A stretch of DNA of 64,000 nucleotides from Alphaproteobacteria bacterium (GCA_009993885.1 JAACSN010000002.1:69979-133978), one strand, 5' to 3'. Positions 47,486-57,430 are shown, counted from the stretch's first letter. Program-made: numbers and translations. The notes: generated from the sequence alone by a model not told the origin.

Positions 47486-48358
47486 AGATTCTTGAGACCA
47501 AAAGCTTTCCCACCCGTGCCAATGATCAACATCAGGCACTTGAACCGATTGAACGGTCGGTATCCCTTGAAAATAACGCAGATAAGCTCGGGAGACTTCC
47601 AAAGGCACAATTGTATCCTTCAAACCGCTGTAATGGCGTTGAGGAATATATCTTAATTCCTCGAGATACGCCGAACTATTAAGAGAAAATGTCAAGGGGC
47701 TTGAGTCATGGAATTCCGACCAAGTTTTGTGATCAAGAACACCGGCAAAAGTCACAACTTCCCGAATATCATGCTTTCCCTGTCGGTAGCGCTTTGCAGC
47801 CGTTAACAGAGCCATAAGAGCCCCTCCCGAATAACCGAACAAGGATATTTTAGTATTCGGATAAAGCAGATGCAGTTGATCGATAATATCATCATAGGTT
47901 TCAATGGTCTCCGGTGAGAACCGCGCAAAAGTCCAGCTATAAAGCCCAAGGCGGCCGTCTTCAATATAGTGCCCCGGACGTCCAAGATATACCTTGGTAG
48001 CAGGGGTTCGATCCGCCACAGCAAGGAGCAATCCCGTCGGTTCGACAGGTGTCGGATCTAATGAAATATGAAATCTTGAAGCCCATGCAAGGCCGTCGCC
48101 CTCAATATAAACATGCAACTCAGAGCCTTCTTTTTGAAGGGCTACGTTTTGTTGTCGAGACCCGAGAAGGGCAAAAATTTTATGATGTTTTGTTTGAAAT
48201 ACATAGGGGTTTAAGCGGTTTTCCGCTGATATTTTTTGAACGGTTTCTAAACAACGATCTCCATAGTGTGTTTCACACCCGAAAAGAAAAAAAAGAGCCG
48301 AAACCACAAAACATTTTCTATAAATCTCGATCATAAAAAAAATATCTCTGTAAAGCAT
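47411..48358 (-). CDS. Alpha/beta hydrolase, probable lipoprotein
   Basis: Has a lipobox-like FFLFGC and the nucleophile elbow FGYSGGA. It overlaps the convergent upstream gene by 75 nt. Confidence 0.65.
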   Translation of the reverse strand: MLYRDIFFMIEIYRKCFVVSALFFLFGCETHYGDRCLETVQKISAENRLNPYVFQTKHHKIFALLGSRQQNVALQKEGSELHVYIEGDGLAWASRFHISLDPTPVEPTGLLLAVADRTPATKVYLGRPGHYIEDGRLGLYSWTFARFSPETIETYDDIIDQLHLLYPNTKISLFGYSGGALMALLTAAKRYRQGKHDIREVVTFAGVLDHKTWSEFHDSSPLTFSLNSSAYLEELRYIPQRHYSGLKDTIVPLEVSRAYLRYFQGIPTVQSVQVPDVDHWHGWESFWSQESLVFKRGLRLENTPDGRAQAKNSEN

Positions 48359-48432
48359 TGTCTTTCTTAAACTATATAAAGCTCTCTAAAAGAGAGCAAG
48401 GTATAAATAGAGGTACGAAAAACGTATCAAAT

Positions 48433-48462
48433 AAAAAAAAGCAGCGCCCGAAGACGCTGCTT
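48433..48462 (-). terminator. Rho-independent terminator of the OMP gene
   Basis: On the minus strand, the GCAGCG/CGCTGC stem is followed by a run of 8 U (the forward A-run at 48433-48440). Confidence 0.7.
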
Positions 48463-48489
48463 GTTATTTTTAAGACCTAAGTTGATCAA

Positions 48490-49740
48490 TTAGAATTGAT
48501 AACGAAGGCGAACGTTAACGTTATGAAGTTTAACGTCATCAGCTTTCTTAAAGCCGTATTCAAGACCGCCTGACCAGTTACGTCCTGCCATTAAGGAAAG
48601 TCCGCCACCGACACCATACCAGTTATCGGAGTTTTGTTTTGGCTTCTTATAACCTGTTGCAGCATTGTTAATACCGTCATCAAGACCTGTACTTGTCATT
48701 GTGAAGTCATGGTCATAAGTTACAAAGATATAAGGCGTAATAGCTTTGGTAACTTGGTAACCAGATTGCAAGCGAACGAACAAGCGGCTGATGGTTGTAT
48801 CTTGCTTAGAATAACGATCGCCATTGCTTTCGGTATATCTATCTTGACTATCACGGCCATAGGTATAACCAAGACGTCCCAACAGAGCAAACTTATTGAT
48901 AACTTTATGGGCGTTACCGGCAAAACTTCCGTACCAACGGTTAGAATCGGTTTTTGCTGTTACGGTTGTACCGCCGACAGGTGTACGCTTACGATCTTTG
49001 TTAACACGCATATAACCGAAGATAGCATCAAAGTCCAACCAATCTGCAGCCATAACATTCAAATAAGGTGCAACACCGAATGCATGATCGCCCTTGATTT
49101 TACCATGGTTAAAGTCAGTTGTACCGTTTACATAACCGTAAGTTAACGCAAGACCGGCAAGGAAACGATCGTTAAATTTGTAGTCACCGCCAAGAGCCAA
49201 TGTCCAAAGATTTGCATCCCACTTACCGCCGGATGTCGAATCGTCAATGCGTGTATAGTCAAAACGTGACCAAACGCCAAACGGATTGTCAACAGATCCG
49301 CCGTTTACACCGGCATTGGTATCAAGAAGACCCACAGATGTAGAACCTGCACCGCCGTTACGACCTGTACGAGTATCAAGACGTGCAGAGATAATATCGG
49401 TTACGGCAGCAATAGAAACACGTGTTAGTTTTTCTTCCGTTACAACCAAGCTGCTTTGGTTACCGGCAGTGTTACCTGCATAAACGCTGTCGCCTGCGAT
49501 ATAAACATAACCTTGGAAGTCTTGCCCGTTTAATGCAACATTTGGATCGCCTTGATAAACATAGGCACCTGCTTGGAATCTGGCGCCTGCATTCTGCGCG
49601 TCTATAATCTCTTGTTGTGTCCAGCTAGCAACTTCCGCTTGAGTATAAACGCGACCTTCACGATTTCCTTCAGAAAAAGCAGGTGTTACCGAGGCAACAA
49701 CTGCTAAAGCTGTCAGAGCCTTAACTATATTTCTTTTCAT
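48490..49740 (-). CDS. Outer-membrane beta-barrel protein (autotransporter-beta/porin-like)
   Basis: Has the signal peptide ALTALAVVASVTPAFS, alternating beta-strand patterning, and a C-terminal RLRYQF with terminal Phe. Confidence 0.75.
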   Translation of the reverse strand: MKRNIVKALTALAVVASVTPAFSEGNREGRVYTQAEVASWTQQEIIDAQNAGARFQAGAYVYQGDPNVALNGQDFQGYVYIAGDSVYAGNTAGNQSSLVVTEEKLTRVSIAAVTDIISARLDTRTGRNGGAGSTSVGLLDTNAGVNGGSVDNPFGVWSRFDYTRIDDSTSGGKWDANLWTLALGGDYKFNDRFLAGLALTYGYVNGTTDFNHGKIKGDHAFGVAPYLNVMAADWLDFDAIFGYMRVNKDRKRTPVGGTTVTAKTDSNRWYGSFAGNAHKVINKFALLGRLGYTYGRDSQDRYTESNGDRYSKQDTTISRLFVRLQSGYQVTKAITPYIFVTYDHDFTMTSTGLDDGINNAATGYKKPKQNSDNWYGVGGGLSLMAGRNWSGGLEYGFKKADDVKLHNVNVRLRYQF

Positions 49741-49866
49741 TAATTTTTCCTCGTAATTTTTTATAAACGAAACACACTCTAAAAAATGCGTGCCTATCCA
49801 TCAACATAAGCCCCTTATATTATAAATCAAAACCAAAAACTCTTCTCCGACTAAATTAGGCAAAAA

Positions 49867-49884
49867 TGTGATTTTTTTATCACA
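49867..49884. promoter_or_regulatory. Perfect palindrome TGTGAT-N6-ATCACA in a divergent promoter region
   Basis: The sequence is TGTGATTTTTTTATCACA. It lies between the OMP gene and the large Wzy_C-like gene. Confidence 0.35.
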
Positions 49885-49975
49885 CAAAGACCCTCTCAAA
49901 GAGAGCTCATTGAAAAAATATAATTTTCCGATAGGATGGGGAAATCTATCTCCATAAATGTAAAATATAAAACAG

Positions 49976-52123
49976 GTGTGCCCTATGCCCTCTTCTGCTC
50001 CTAAAACACCAAGCAACACACCTTGCAAAACCTCTCTATCTCAACCGGCAACACTTTTTTCCATTTTTACAATCTTTCTTTTTACACTCGTCCTTGCCGT
50101 TCCTCTTTTAGGTCTGCCTCCCTTTCGTTACGGCTGGTATACGCAACTCGAGCTCCTAACCGCCGGCTTCTGGTTCACCGGAGGCCTTGCAGCCCTATGG
50201 AATATTGCTCTTTTCAAAAAAAAGAGCCCCCTGGCAAGATACCTGTGGTCTATGCCTGTTGTTTGGAGCTGGATCCCCGTTATCATCCTCTCTACGATCG
50301 TTTCTTTTTTCCAAATAGCTCCCTTACAGTCTTGGTCCGGAAGTCCCCAGCTGGGAGACGGCATAGCAACTTTCCTCAGTCTTCTTTTTTTATCCCCCCT
50401 TTTTGTTCTAGTAGGTCGGCAACATAAATTAAAACCGTGGCTCTTGTGGGTCCCGGCAGCAGTTGCGATCCCCTTATCCGTTCTCACGATACTTGGCGCT
50501 TACGGCACCCCTGTTCATTCTTTAAGATTTTGGGAATGGGCGCCGATGTTTTTCCCCGATTACATCACTTTCTTTGCCTTATCCCTTGGCGTTATTTATT
50601 GGTATACGAGGCCTTATTTCGCAAAAAAATACCTCTTAGATATCTTCTTTACGCTCATCATCGGACTGATTATTTTTTATGCAAAGAACACGACAATTTA
50701 CATAGGGCTTGCTCTCTCTCTTTTTACCTATGGTGTTCTGAAACTCCCCCTTTTCAAAACAATCCCCGCCGAAAAAAGACTGGCCTATTATGCAGGGGCA
50801 GGCCTTTTGACCTTAACCCTCCTGATTTGCCTGACAAATTTTGTAAGGGACGATTTACCCGCAACTTTCTCAAGCCTTATTAGTCGAGCTCATATCGGTC
50901 AATTTACTTTTATTCAATACTTTTACGGCGACATCACCGCTTCAAAAATACTCTCGTTTCTTTTTGGGAACGGTTGGGGCGATTATAATAATGCCGCCGT
51001 CTCCAATCTTAGCCTTACCCAAGATTTCCAACTCTTTACAGGAGATACACATCAATCAACCCTAGAATTTGTTTACCGAGACCAAGTCAACAGTCACAAT
51101 ATCTTCCTTGAATATTTTCTGGCTCTTGGGTTTGCGGGCTTCCTCCTTTTTTGCTACCTCCACTACAAGATCATCTCGAGCTTAAGAAAATCCTATCTCT
51201 TTATCGGCACCGTCTTTATTATTACCCTTGGAACATTGCTCATTTTCTGGTTTCAACTTCCCCATACTCTTATTGCCGTCACATCGGCCTATTGCCTCCT
51301 TTTTTCAAAAACACCCTCGGCAAAACAACATAACTCGGCAAAACAACATAATAGCTGCCTTAACAAATTTCTCCCCTTGGGAGCTCTTTTTTCAGCAGCA
51401 ATTCTCTTTACCTTTTCTTTGGCACAAGGCCTCTCGGCTTACCAATATACACAGAAAGTTTCCGGCAGATTAAGCAACGACCTTTTCCAAAAAATTGAGG
51501 AGGTCACAACCACAAAATGGCTGTTATATGATCACCTAACCGGTGCCCACCGCTCAAGACAAATCCTTCAAGGCCTTTGTGGGGATATTTTTATTTACCT
51601 GTCAAAATCCCCTAATCCTAAAACACAAGAAGCCGGAGAAAACCTCCTAAAAATCACCGCACATCTTCAAAAGGACATTCCTGAAGGAAGTAGCTTCACC
51701 TCTCTTATCCTAAGCCTCAATAGCTTATCCAAGTTTGCAAACCATCCTACAACAAAGCCCCTTTTTGATACGGATCCTCGTTATGAAAAAGCATGGCATG
51801 AAACAGCGCAACTCGTCGCCCGCCGTCTTCCCTATAGATCGGACTTATTCACCCCTTATTTTTCATACCTTCTTACAACAAAGCAGGGAGACGACCTAAA
51901 AAAACTAGCCGCTTACTTTATTTCAAAAAAAAGGACAGACCCCTTGGCTCACTGGTTTTTAGGGGCCTATTATTTACAAGATCCTTCAGAATTTGACAAA
52001 GGCATTTGCTTAATGAAACAAGCCCTTGATAACGGCATCGCAAAATATATTCCCTTACCGCCGAAACAAATTGAGCAAATCCAACAAGCAGCCTCACAGA
52101 TCCAATGCTATAAACTTTTATAG
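49976..52123 (+). CDS. Large polytopic Wzy_C/O-antigen-ligase-like membrane protein with a C-terminal soluble helical domain
   Basis: The first ~440 aa contain many TM helices and a loop with SHNIFLEYFLALGFAG (Wzy_C-like). The C-terminal ~250 aa is soluble and helical. Confidence 0.65.
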   Translation: MCPMPSSAPKTPSNTPCKTSLSQPATLFSIFTIFLFTLVLAVPLLGLPPFRYGWYTQLELLTAGFWFTGGLAALWNIALFKKKSPLARYLWSMPVVWSWIPVIILSTIVSFFQIAPLQSWSGSPQLGDGIATFLSLLFLSPLFVLVGRQHKLKPWLLWVPAAVAIPLSVLTILGAYGTPVHSLRFWEWAPMFFPDYITFFALSLGVIYWYTRPYFAKKYLLDIFFTLIIGLIIFYAKNTTIYIGLALSLFTYGVLKLPLFKTIPAEKRLAYYAGAGLLTLTLLICLTNFVRDDLPATFSSLISRAHIGQFTFIQYFYGDITASKILSFLFGNGWGDYNNAAVSNLSLTQDFQLFTGDTHQSTLEFVYRDQVNSHNIFLEYFLALGFAGFLLFCYLHYKIISSLRKSYLFIGTVFIITLGTLLIFWFQLPHTLIAVTSAYCLLFSKTPSAKQHNSAKQHNSCLNKFLPLGALFSAAILFTFSLAQGLSAYQYTQKVSGRLSNDLFQKIEEVTTTKWLLYDHLTGAHRSRQILQGLCGDIFIYLSKSPNPKTQEAGENLLKITAHLQKDIPEGSSFTSLILSLNSLSKFANHPTTKPLFDTDPRYEKAWHETAQLVARRLPYRSDLFTPYFSYLLTTKQGDDLKKLAAYFISKKRTDPLAHWFLGAYYLQDPSEFDKGICLMKQALDNGIAKYIPLPPKQIEQIQQAASQIQCYKLL
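51316..51351. repeat. Perfect 18-bp tandem duplication inside the Wzy_C-like CDS
   Basis: CTCGGCAAAACAACATAA occurs twice and encodes SAKQHN-SAKQHN at the TM/soluble domain junction. Confidence 0.9.
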
Positions 52124-52130
52124 ACTCACA

Positions 52131-52163
52131 AAAAAAAGCCCCGAAACTATCGGGGCCTTCTGC
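52131..52163. terminator. Hairpin terminator between convergent genes (best oriented for sodB)
   Basis: AAAAAAA GCCCCGA AACTA TCGGGGC. On the minus strand the stem is followed by a U-run. Confidence 0.65.
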
Positions 52164-52183
52164 TTAAAATCCTCTCGAAATCT

Positions 52184-52789
52184 CTAAGCAACTTTTGCCA
52201 AATTCTCCGCTGCGAAATCCCAATTAACCAAATGGTCTAAAAAGGTTGTTAGGTAATCGGGGCGACGGTTTTGGAAATCAAGATAATAAGCATGCTCCCA
52301 CACATCACAGGTAAGCAAAGGTGTTACGCCTTCTTGCGTCAAAGGGGTTTCGGCATTGGCTGTTTTCAGAATTTTAAGAGTCCCTTTTTCAACAACAAGC
52401 CAAGCCCAACCGCTACCGAATTGAGTTGCACCCGCTTGCTTGAATTGGGTGACAAAGGTGTCAAAAGAACCGAAATCCGACGCAATTTTAGCCTCAAGTT
52501 CTCCCGTTGGCTTTCCGCCGCCATTGGCCTTCATAGAGTGCCAATAAAATGTGTGGTTCCACACTTGAGCCGCATTATTAAAAACACCTGCCTTCGAGGC
52601 ATCTCCTGCAACGGCTTTGATAATTTCTTCAAGGGAATGGCCGGCAAGATCCGTCCCTTCAAGAAGGCCGTTAAGATTATTTACATAAGCTGCATGGTGT
52701 TTACCGTGGTGAAAGTCCAAAGTATTAGCCGAGATATGAGGTGCCAGCGCCTCTTTGGGATAAGGTAAATTAGGGAGGGTAATACTCAT
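52184..52789 (-). CDS. sodB: Fe/Mn superoxide dismutase
   Basis: LPNLPY, HHGKHH and DVWEHAYYLDFQNRRPDY. Confidence 0.9.
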   Translation of the reverse strand: MSITLPNLPYPKEALAPHISANTLDFHHGKHHAAYVNNLNGLLEGTDLAGHSLEEIIKAVAGDASKAGVFNNAAQVWNHTFYWHSMKANGGGKPTGELEAKIASDFGSFDTFVTQFKQAGATQFGSGWAWLVVEKGTLKILKTANAETPLTQEGVTPLLTCDVWEHAYYLDFQNRRPDYLTTFLDHLVNWDFAAENLAKVA

Positions 52790-53018
52790 TTTGATGTCCT
52801 TTTCTCAAGTGAATTTAAAGGGAAGATAATAAAATGAGTGTGTCAATCCTGACTAAGAAAGTCAAGAAGGAGAAAAAAAATTTATAGCCTCTTGCATCAA
52901 ATTCCGGTTCGAGATAGTTTATCCCTGTAGAGTATCCCTAGGGACTGTCTCAAAAATCCCAAGTTAAAAAAGAAAAGACTATCCGAGGGTTTTTGGGAAT
53001 AGCTACAAGTATAAAAGG

Positions 53019-53104
53019 GCCCGCGTGGTGGAATCGGTAGACACAACAGACTTAAAATCTGTCGCTCTTAGAGCGTGCCAGTTCGAGTCTGGCCGCGGGC
53101 ACCA
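53019..53104 (+). tRNA. tRNA-Leu (anticodon UAA), CCA encoded
   Basis: Manual fold: acceptor GCCCGCG/CGCGGGC, anticodon stem ACAGA/TCTGT with loop CTTAAAA, long variable arm CGCTC-TTA-GAGCG, and T arm GCCAG-TTCGAGT-CTGGC. Confidence 0.9.
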
Positions 53105-53186
53105 CCTCTTTATCTCCTAATACGTTTTTTTGAAACCTTTAGGGTCATTTTGTTTGTCTCGTTACTTATTCCCCCGTTTTTCCCCG

Positions 53187-54407
53187 TTACTTATCCCAAT
53201 GGGCATTAGCCGGAGACCGCCTTTCGGGAAAAATAGGAGGCAACTTCTTTAATTTGCTAAGGGAAACACCTGTTGCTTTCCCTAATTTTCTAAGGCTGTT
53301 ACCTCTTTCAATTTTAAATTGAGAAAGTCTCCTTCCTGTCCTTGACAACTCAAGAGCAATATCTTCAGGATCTCTAATATCTTGCAACACCTTTTGAAAT
53401 GCCTCTATTCTCTTGGTAATTTCAATTACTTCGCATTTAGTCTCTTCCAAAGAAACTTGTGCAGACTCCTGACCTGTTGCGACTCCTTCGGATATATCCC
53501 CCTCTTCCCTTAATAAGCTTAGAGCCTCAATAGAACGGGACAAAGAAATTATCTTAGCTTGATAAGCCATTAGGCTCTGTCTTTCTTTTTCAATATCGTC
53601 TGCAAGTTGTTCCCTCAATGTCGGCACATCCTGTTTTTTTGCCTGTTCAAGGAGACTTTTCAACTTTTTAATCTCCTCTTCTTCCCGTGCAATTGTCCCC
53701 AAAAAAGTTTGCACTAAAGCCAGAGAATTGGAAAAATCATCTCCCCCTCCTTCAACACCTCCCCCTTCTCGCACGAGTTTTCGACGTTCGTTAATAGCTC
53801 CTATGTTTAAACCATGGGGGGCATCATTATCCAAAAACAGCTCTCGAAAACGAGGGTTTTTAGGATCGGGTTCAATGGTCTTTAATTCTAGGGCTCGTGC
53901 CTCAGCCTCTTCTCGTTCGCGTAATTGTTCGGCAAATGATTTCCGGGGGCTTGTTTGTCCAAAGTCTTCGTACTCTCCCTCACGATAAGAGTGAAATTTC
54001 TTGCGCTCGTGCAATTTGTTTCTTGTTCTTGCAGCTAGCCCCTCAAAAGAAAGCTTTTTCGGCCCCAGCTGAAGCAACGGGACAGGCAGGGGTGTTCGTT
54101 CCTCCGGATCAGGATCACTACTACCATAAGGACTACGACTACTTCCGGCCTTAGACAAAGTTGCCCTTTTTTGACCGAGGCTTTTTATTCCAAAAACAGG
54201 GTTTTGAACAGTGACTTCACAATCCCTTACAATTTCATCACGATCAGGAGAGGCTTTACTCACCCTAGGGAACTCTCTCCACTCTTTTCCATCTCCGTCA
54301 CATGAAGACCCAATAGCAAAATTACAACTCATCATGGCAAAAATACCGAAGAAGAAAGCTATATTTTTCATCTTAAATACCTTAAAAAATAATAAACGAC
54401 TAAACAA
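53187..54407 (-). CDS. Hypothetical secreted/lipoprotein-like charged coiled-coil protein
   Basis: Has a signal-like MKNIAFFFGIFAMMSC (probable start at the second Met), then a charged region rich in Pro, Ser, Glu and Arg, and long heptad-like helices (EEEEIKKLKSLLEQAKK...). I recognise no motif. Confidence 0.5.
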   Translation of the reverse strand: MFSRLLFFKVFKMKNIAFFFGIFAMMSCNFAIGSSCDGDGKEWREFPRVSKASPDRDEIVRDCEVTVQNPVFGIKSLGQKRATLSKAGSSRSPYGSSDPDPEERTPLPVPLLQLGPKKLSFEGLAARTRNKLHERKKFHSYREGEYEDFGQTSPRKSFAEQLREREEAEARALELKTIEPDPKNPRFRELFLDNDAPHGLNIGAINERRKLVREGGGVEGGGDDFSNSLALVQTFLGTIAREEEEIKKLKSLLEQAKKQDVPTLREQLADDIEKERQSLMAYQAKIISLSRSIEALSLLREEGDISEGVATGQESAQVSLEETKCEVIEITKRIEAFQKVLQDIRDPEDIALELSRTGRRLSQFKIERGNSLRKLGKATGVSLSKLKKLPPIFPERRSPANAHWDK

Positions 54408-54449
54408 CTATAGCAAAAAGGTAAATTCTGTCAATTTTATAAAATCGCT

Positions 54450-55574
54450 CTAATAATCTTGATTGTAGCTGCGCCCGAAACGCAAATGACGATGCACCGA
54501 AGCCGAGAACAAAATACCAAAGCCCATAAGCAGCGAAATCATTGATGTCCCCCCATAGGACATAAAAGGGAGAGGAACCCCCACAACGGGCAACAATCCC
54601 ATAACCATACCGATATTGATAAAGACGTAAAAAAAGAACAGAGCGATAAAGCCGATACCGTAAAGTCTCGCATAATAACTTTTACACTCTAGGGTCATCT
54701 TTAAGGCTATTGCAATAATCAATCCGTACAAAAGAATCAAAAGACTTCCCCCAAACACACCGAATTCTTCACTAAAATGGGCAAAAATAAAGTCCGTTTG
54801 TTTTTCCGGCAAAAACTGCAGCTGACTTTGAGTCCCCTTTAAAAAACCTTTCCCCCAAAAACCACCTGATCCAATGGAAATTTTCGATTGCATAATATGA
54901 TATCCGCTGCCAAGGGGGTCATCTTCGGGATTCAAAAAAGTCATGACACGTTTTTTTTGATAATCATGCATATTAAACCACAGAGCCGGCAAAGAGAGAC
55001 CCACAAGCCCTAAAACCGTCATGACCTTCCACATCTGAATCCCTGCCATAAAAACCACAACAGCGCCTGTTGCGGCCAGAATCAACATCGTGCCTAAATC
55101 CGGCTGACGCAAAACAAGTGCACAAGGAAGAGCCACCAATATTAAGGGCCAAAAATAAGTTTTTAAACGGCTAATTTCAAACGGGCTTTTATCGTGGAAA
55201 TAATGAGCTAAAGCCATAATAAGTGTTACTTTCATTATTTCCGAAGGTTGCAAATGAAAGACGCCTAAATCAATCCAGCGCTGAGCTCCCATCCCTATGT
55301 GTCCTTTGATTTCTACAAAAACCAGCAGCAATAGCGACGCAAAATACAAAGTGTAAGAATAGGTTCGCCAAAAACGAATATCTACCAAAGAAATAAGGAT
55401 CATCAAAGAAAAACCGACCGTAAAACGCATAAATTGCTTGGAGGCCCAAGGAGAAATAGTCCCGCCTGCAGCGGAATACAAAGCCACTAGGCCGACAAAA
55501 ACAACAGCAACAACGGACAGTAAAAGATGAGGCTCAATGAGCTTTATTTTTTCAATAACCGTCAAAAACCTCAT
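54450..55574 (-). CDS. rodA: Rod shape-determining SEDS protein RodA
   Basis: Has the SEDS-family polytopic pattern (PSEIMK, QPDLGT, LPEKQTDFIF, PFMSYGGTS) and overlaps mrdA by 4 nt. Confidence 0.9.
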   Translation of the reverse strand: MRFLTVIEKIKLIEPHLLLSVVAVVFVGLVALYSAAGGTISPWASKQFMRFTVGFSLMILISLVDIRFWRTYSYTLYFASLLLLVFVEIKGHIGMGAQRWIDLGVFHLQPSEIMKVTLIMALAHYFHDKSPFEISRLKTYFWPLILVALPCALVLRQPDLGTMLILAATGAVVVFMAGIQMWKVMTVLGLVGLSLPALWFNMHDYQKKRVMTFLNPEDDPLGSGYHIMQSKISIGSGGFWGKGFLKGTQSQLQFLPEKQTDFIFAHFSEEFGVFGGSLLILLYGLIIAIALKMTLECKSYYARLYGIGFIALFFFYVFINIGMVMGLLPVVGVPLPFMSYGGTSMISLLMGFGILFSASVHRHLRFGRSYNQDY

Positions 55575-57430
55575 GTCTCCTCCTCTCGTATTACGCCTTT
55601 TTTCCCGGACATAATTTGTTGTGTTTTTAAAAGAATATCATGACCGAGAGGCGCTGCAACACGACCACCGGCTCCGCCATGCTCTACAACTACTGCAAGG
55701 GCATATTTAGGATTATGAACCGGAGCAAAACCGGAAAAGAGAGCATGATCTCGATGCTCCCAAGGTCGTTGGTCATTATGAATAATACCTTTCTTGCGCT
55801 CTGCCATGGAAATACGCCTCACTTGACAGGTCGCCGTCTTTCCCGCCATGGTAAAATCGGATTCTATAATCCGATTTCGATAAGCCAACCCATAGGGAGA
55901 ATTTACCGTTCGATCTAACCCCTTTCTAATTAAATCAAGGTGCAATTTTTTAATATTGAGGTCTTCAAAGGAAACACTTTCCGAAGACAACAATGTCGGT
56001 TTCACAGCTTTACCCTCAAGATTAGCCAAGCGTGCCGTCATCACGGCCAATTGCAAAGGTGTGGCCAATAAAGCGCCTTGGCCGATGCTCAAGTTAACCG
56101 TATCACCTCGAACCCAGTTTACGCCTTTTACCCGCTTTTTCCAATCGGGCCCCGGAACAAGACCCGCTTTTTCATGGGGAAGCTCAACCCCGCTCTCAAC
56201 TCCGAACCCAAGCTTCAAGGCCATATCTTTAAGGCGCTCTGCTCCGATAAGTTGAGCGACTTCATAAAAATAAATATCACAAGATTGAGCCAAAGCATTC
56301 ACAACGGAAAGCCGCCCATGACCGCCGTGCTTATGCCAACAATGAAAACGATGGGAACCCACATCAATATATCCCTTACAAACAACGGAATGAGTCGAAG
56401 AGACAATTCCAGATTCAAAGGCTGCTAAAGCAACGGCCATCTTAAATAACGATCCCGGAGGATAAAGCCCGTGGATAGATTTATTATGCAAACATCCGTA
56501 AGGGTCGGAAGCAAGTTCTTTCCAGTCTTTTGAACGAATTCCATTGGTAAAGAGATTCGCATCAAAACTAGGAGAAGACGTCAACGCCAAAACCTCTCCG
56601 CTTCTCACATCCAAGACGGCACAGCTACCGCTTTTCTCTTGAGCCATGCGTTCTTGTACATAGTTTTGCAGCTCTAAATCTATTGTTAAGGTTGTATTTG
56701 AACCTGATCTGCTTTCTTGACGCGCTAACTCTTGCACGGTTCTGGTACGTGAATTCACCTCTATACGGCGATACCCTACGCGCCCCCTCAAAGGCTCGTC
56801 GAGTTCTTTCTCAATACCTGATTTTCCAAGGCGAAAATCTGCCAAACGATATAAGGAATTTTTATTCTGATCATCCCGTGAAGGCGTTTGCACATAACCG
56901 ATTAAATGAGCTGTTGCTAAGCCGTAAGGATAAAAACGCGACCAGCCTCTCTCAATGAAACATCCCGGAAAATCTCTCATAGAAGCCTCAAAACGGCACA
57001 CTTCTTTCCAAGATAATCCGTCAACAACCGTTGAAGCTAGAAATTTCGGTTTATAACGCATACTCTCAATCAGATCTTCCATATCCTCTTTCTCTAAAGA
57101 ATAGCGAATAGCAAACTTTTCAAGGGTCTCCCGCACATTTTTTGTTTGATCCGGTACAATCATCAAACGATAGGTTTGGTGATTATCGGCCACAATTTTT
57201 CCGGAACGATCTTTAATTAAGCCCCGCTTTGGCAATAAGAATTGGACTTTTATACGGTTTTCATCGGACAAAGCTTTATAGGTAGAGCCTTTATAACTTC
57301 CTAAGTAGGTCAGGCGCCCGATAAGAGACAACCCTAAAACCCCTTGAATTCCCCCCAATAACAGGGAACGTCTGGAAAAACGTTGCTCTTCGGAAACAAG
57401 GGGGTTTTCTCTCTTTCTTCTCTTAGCCAT
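55571..57430 (-). CDS. mrdA: Penicillin-binding protein 2 (elongasome transpeptidase)
   Basis: Has an N-terminal anchor, SxxK (PGSLFK), an SxD/N box (SCD) and a KTG-like box (GKTAT). It sits in the mreBCD-mrdA-rodA order. Confidence 0.9.
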   Translation of the reverse strand: MAKRRKRENPLVSEEQRFSRRSLLLGGIQGVLGLSLIGRLTYLGSYKGSTYKALSDENRIKVQFLLPKRGLIKDRSGKIVADNHQTYRLMIVPDQTKNVRETLEKFAIRYSLEKEDMEDLIESMRYKPKFLASTVVDGLSWKEVCRFEASMRDFPGCFIERGWSRFYPYGLATAHLIGYVQTPSRDDQNKNSLYRLADFRLGKSGIEKELDEPLRGRVGYRRIEVNSRTRTVQELARQESRSGSNTTLTIDLELQNYVQERMAQEKSGSCAVLDVRSGEVLALTSSPSFDANLFTNGIRSKDWKELASDPYGCLHNKSIHGLYPPGSLFKMAVALAAFESGIVSSTHSVVCKGYIDVGSHRFHCWHKHGGHGRLSVVNALAQSCDIYFYEVAQLIGAERLKDMALKLGFGVESGVELPHEKAGLVPGPDWKKRVKGVNWVRGDTVNLSIGQGALLATPLQLAVMTARLANLEGKAVKPTLLSSESVSFEDLNIKKLHLDLIRKGLDRTVNSPYGLAYRNRIIESDFTMAGKTATCQVRRISMAERKKGIIHNDQRPWEHRDHALFSGFAPVHNPKYALAVVVEHGGAGGRVAAPLGHDILLKTQQIMSGKKGVIREEET

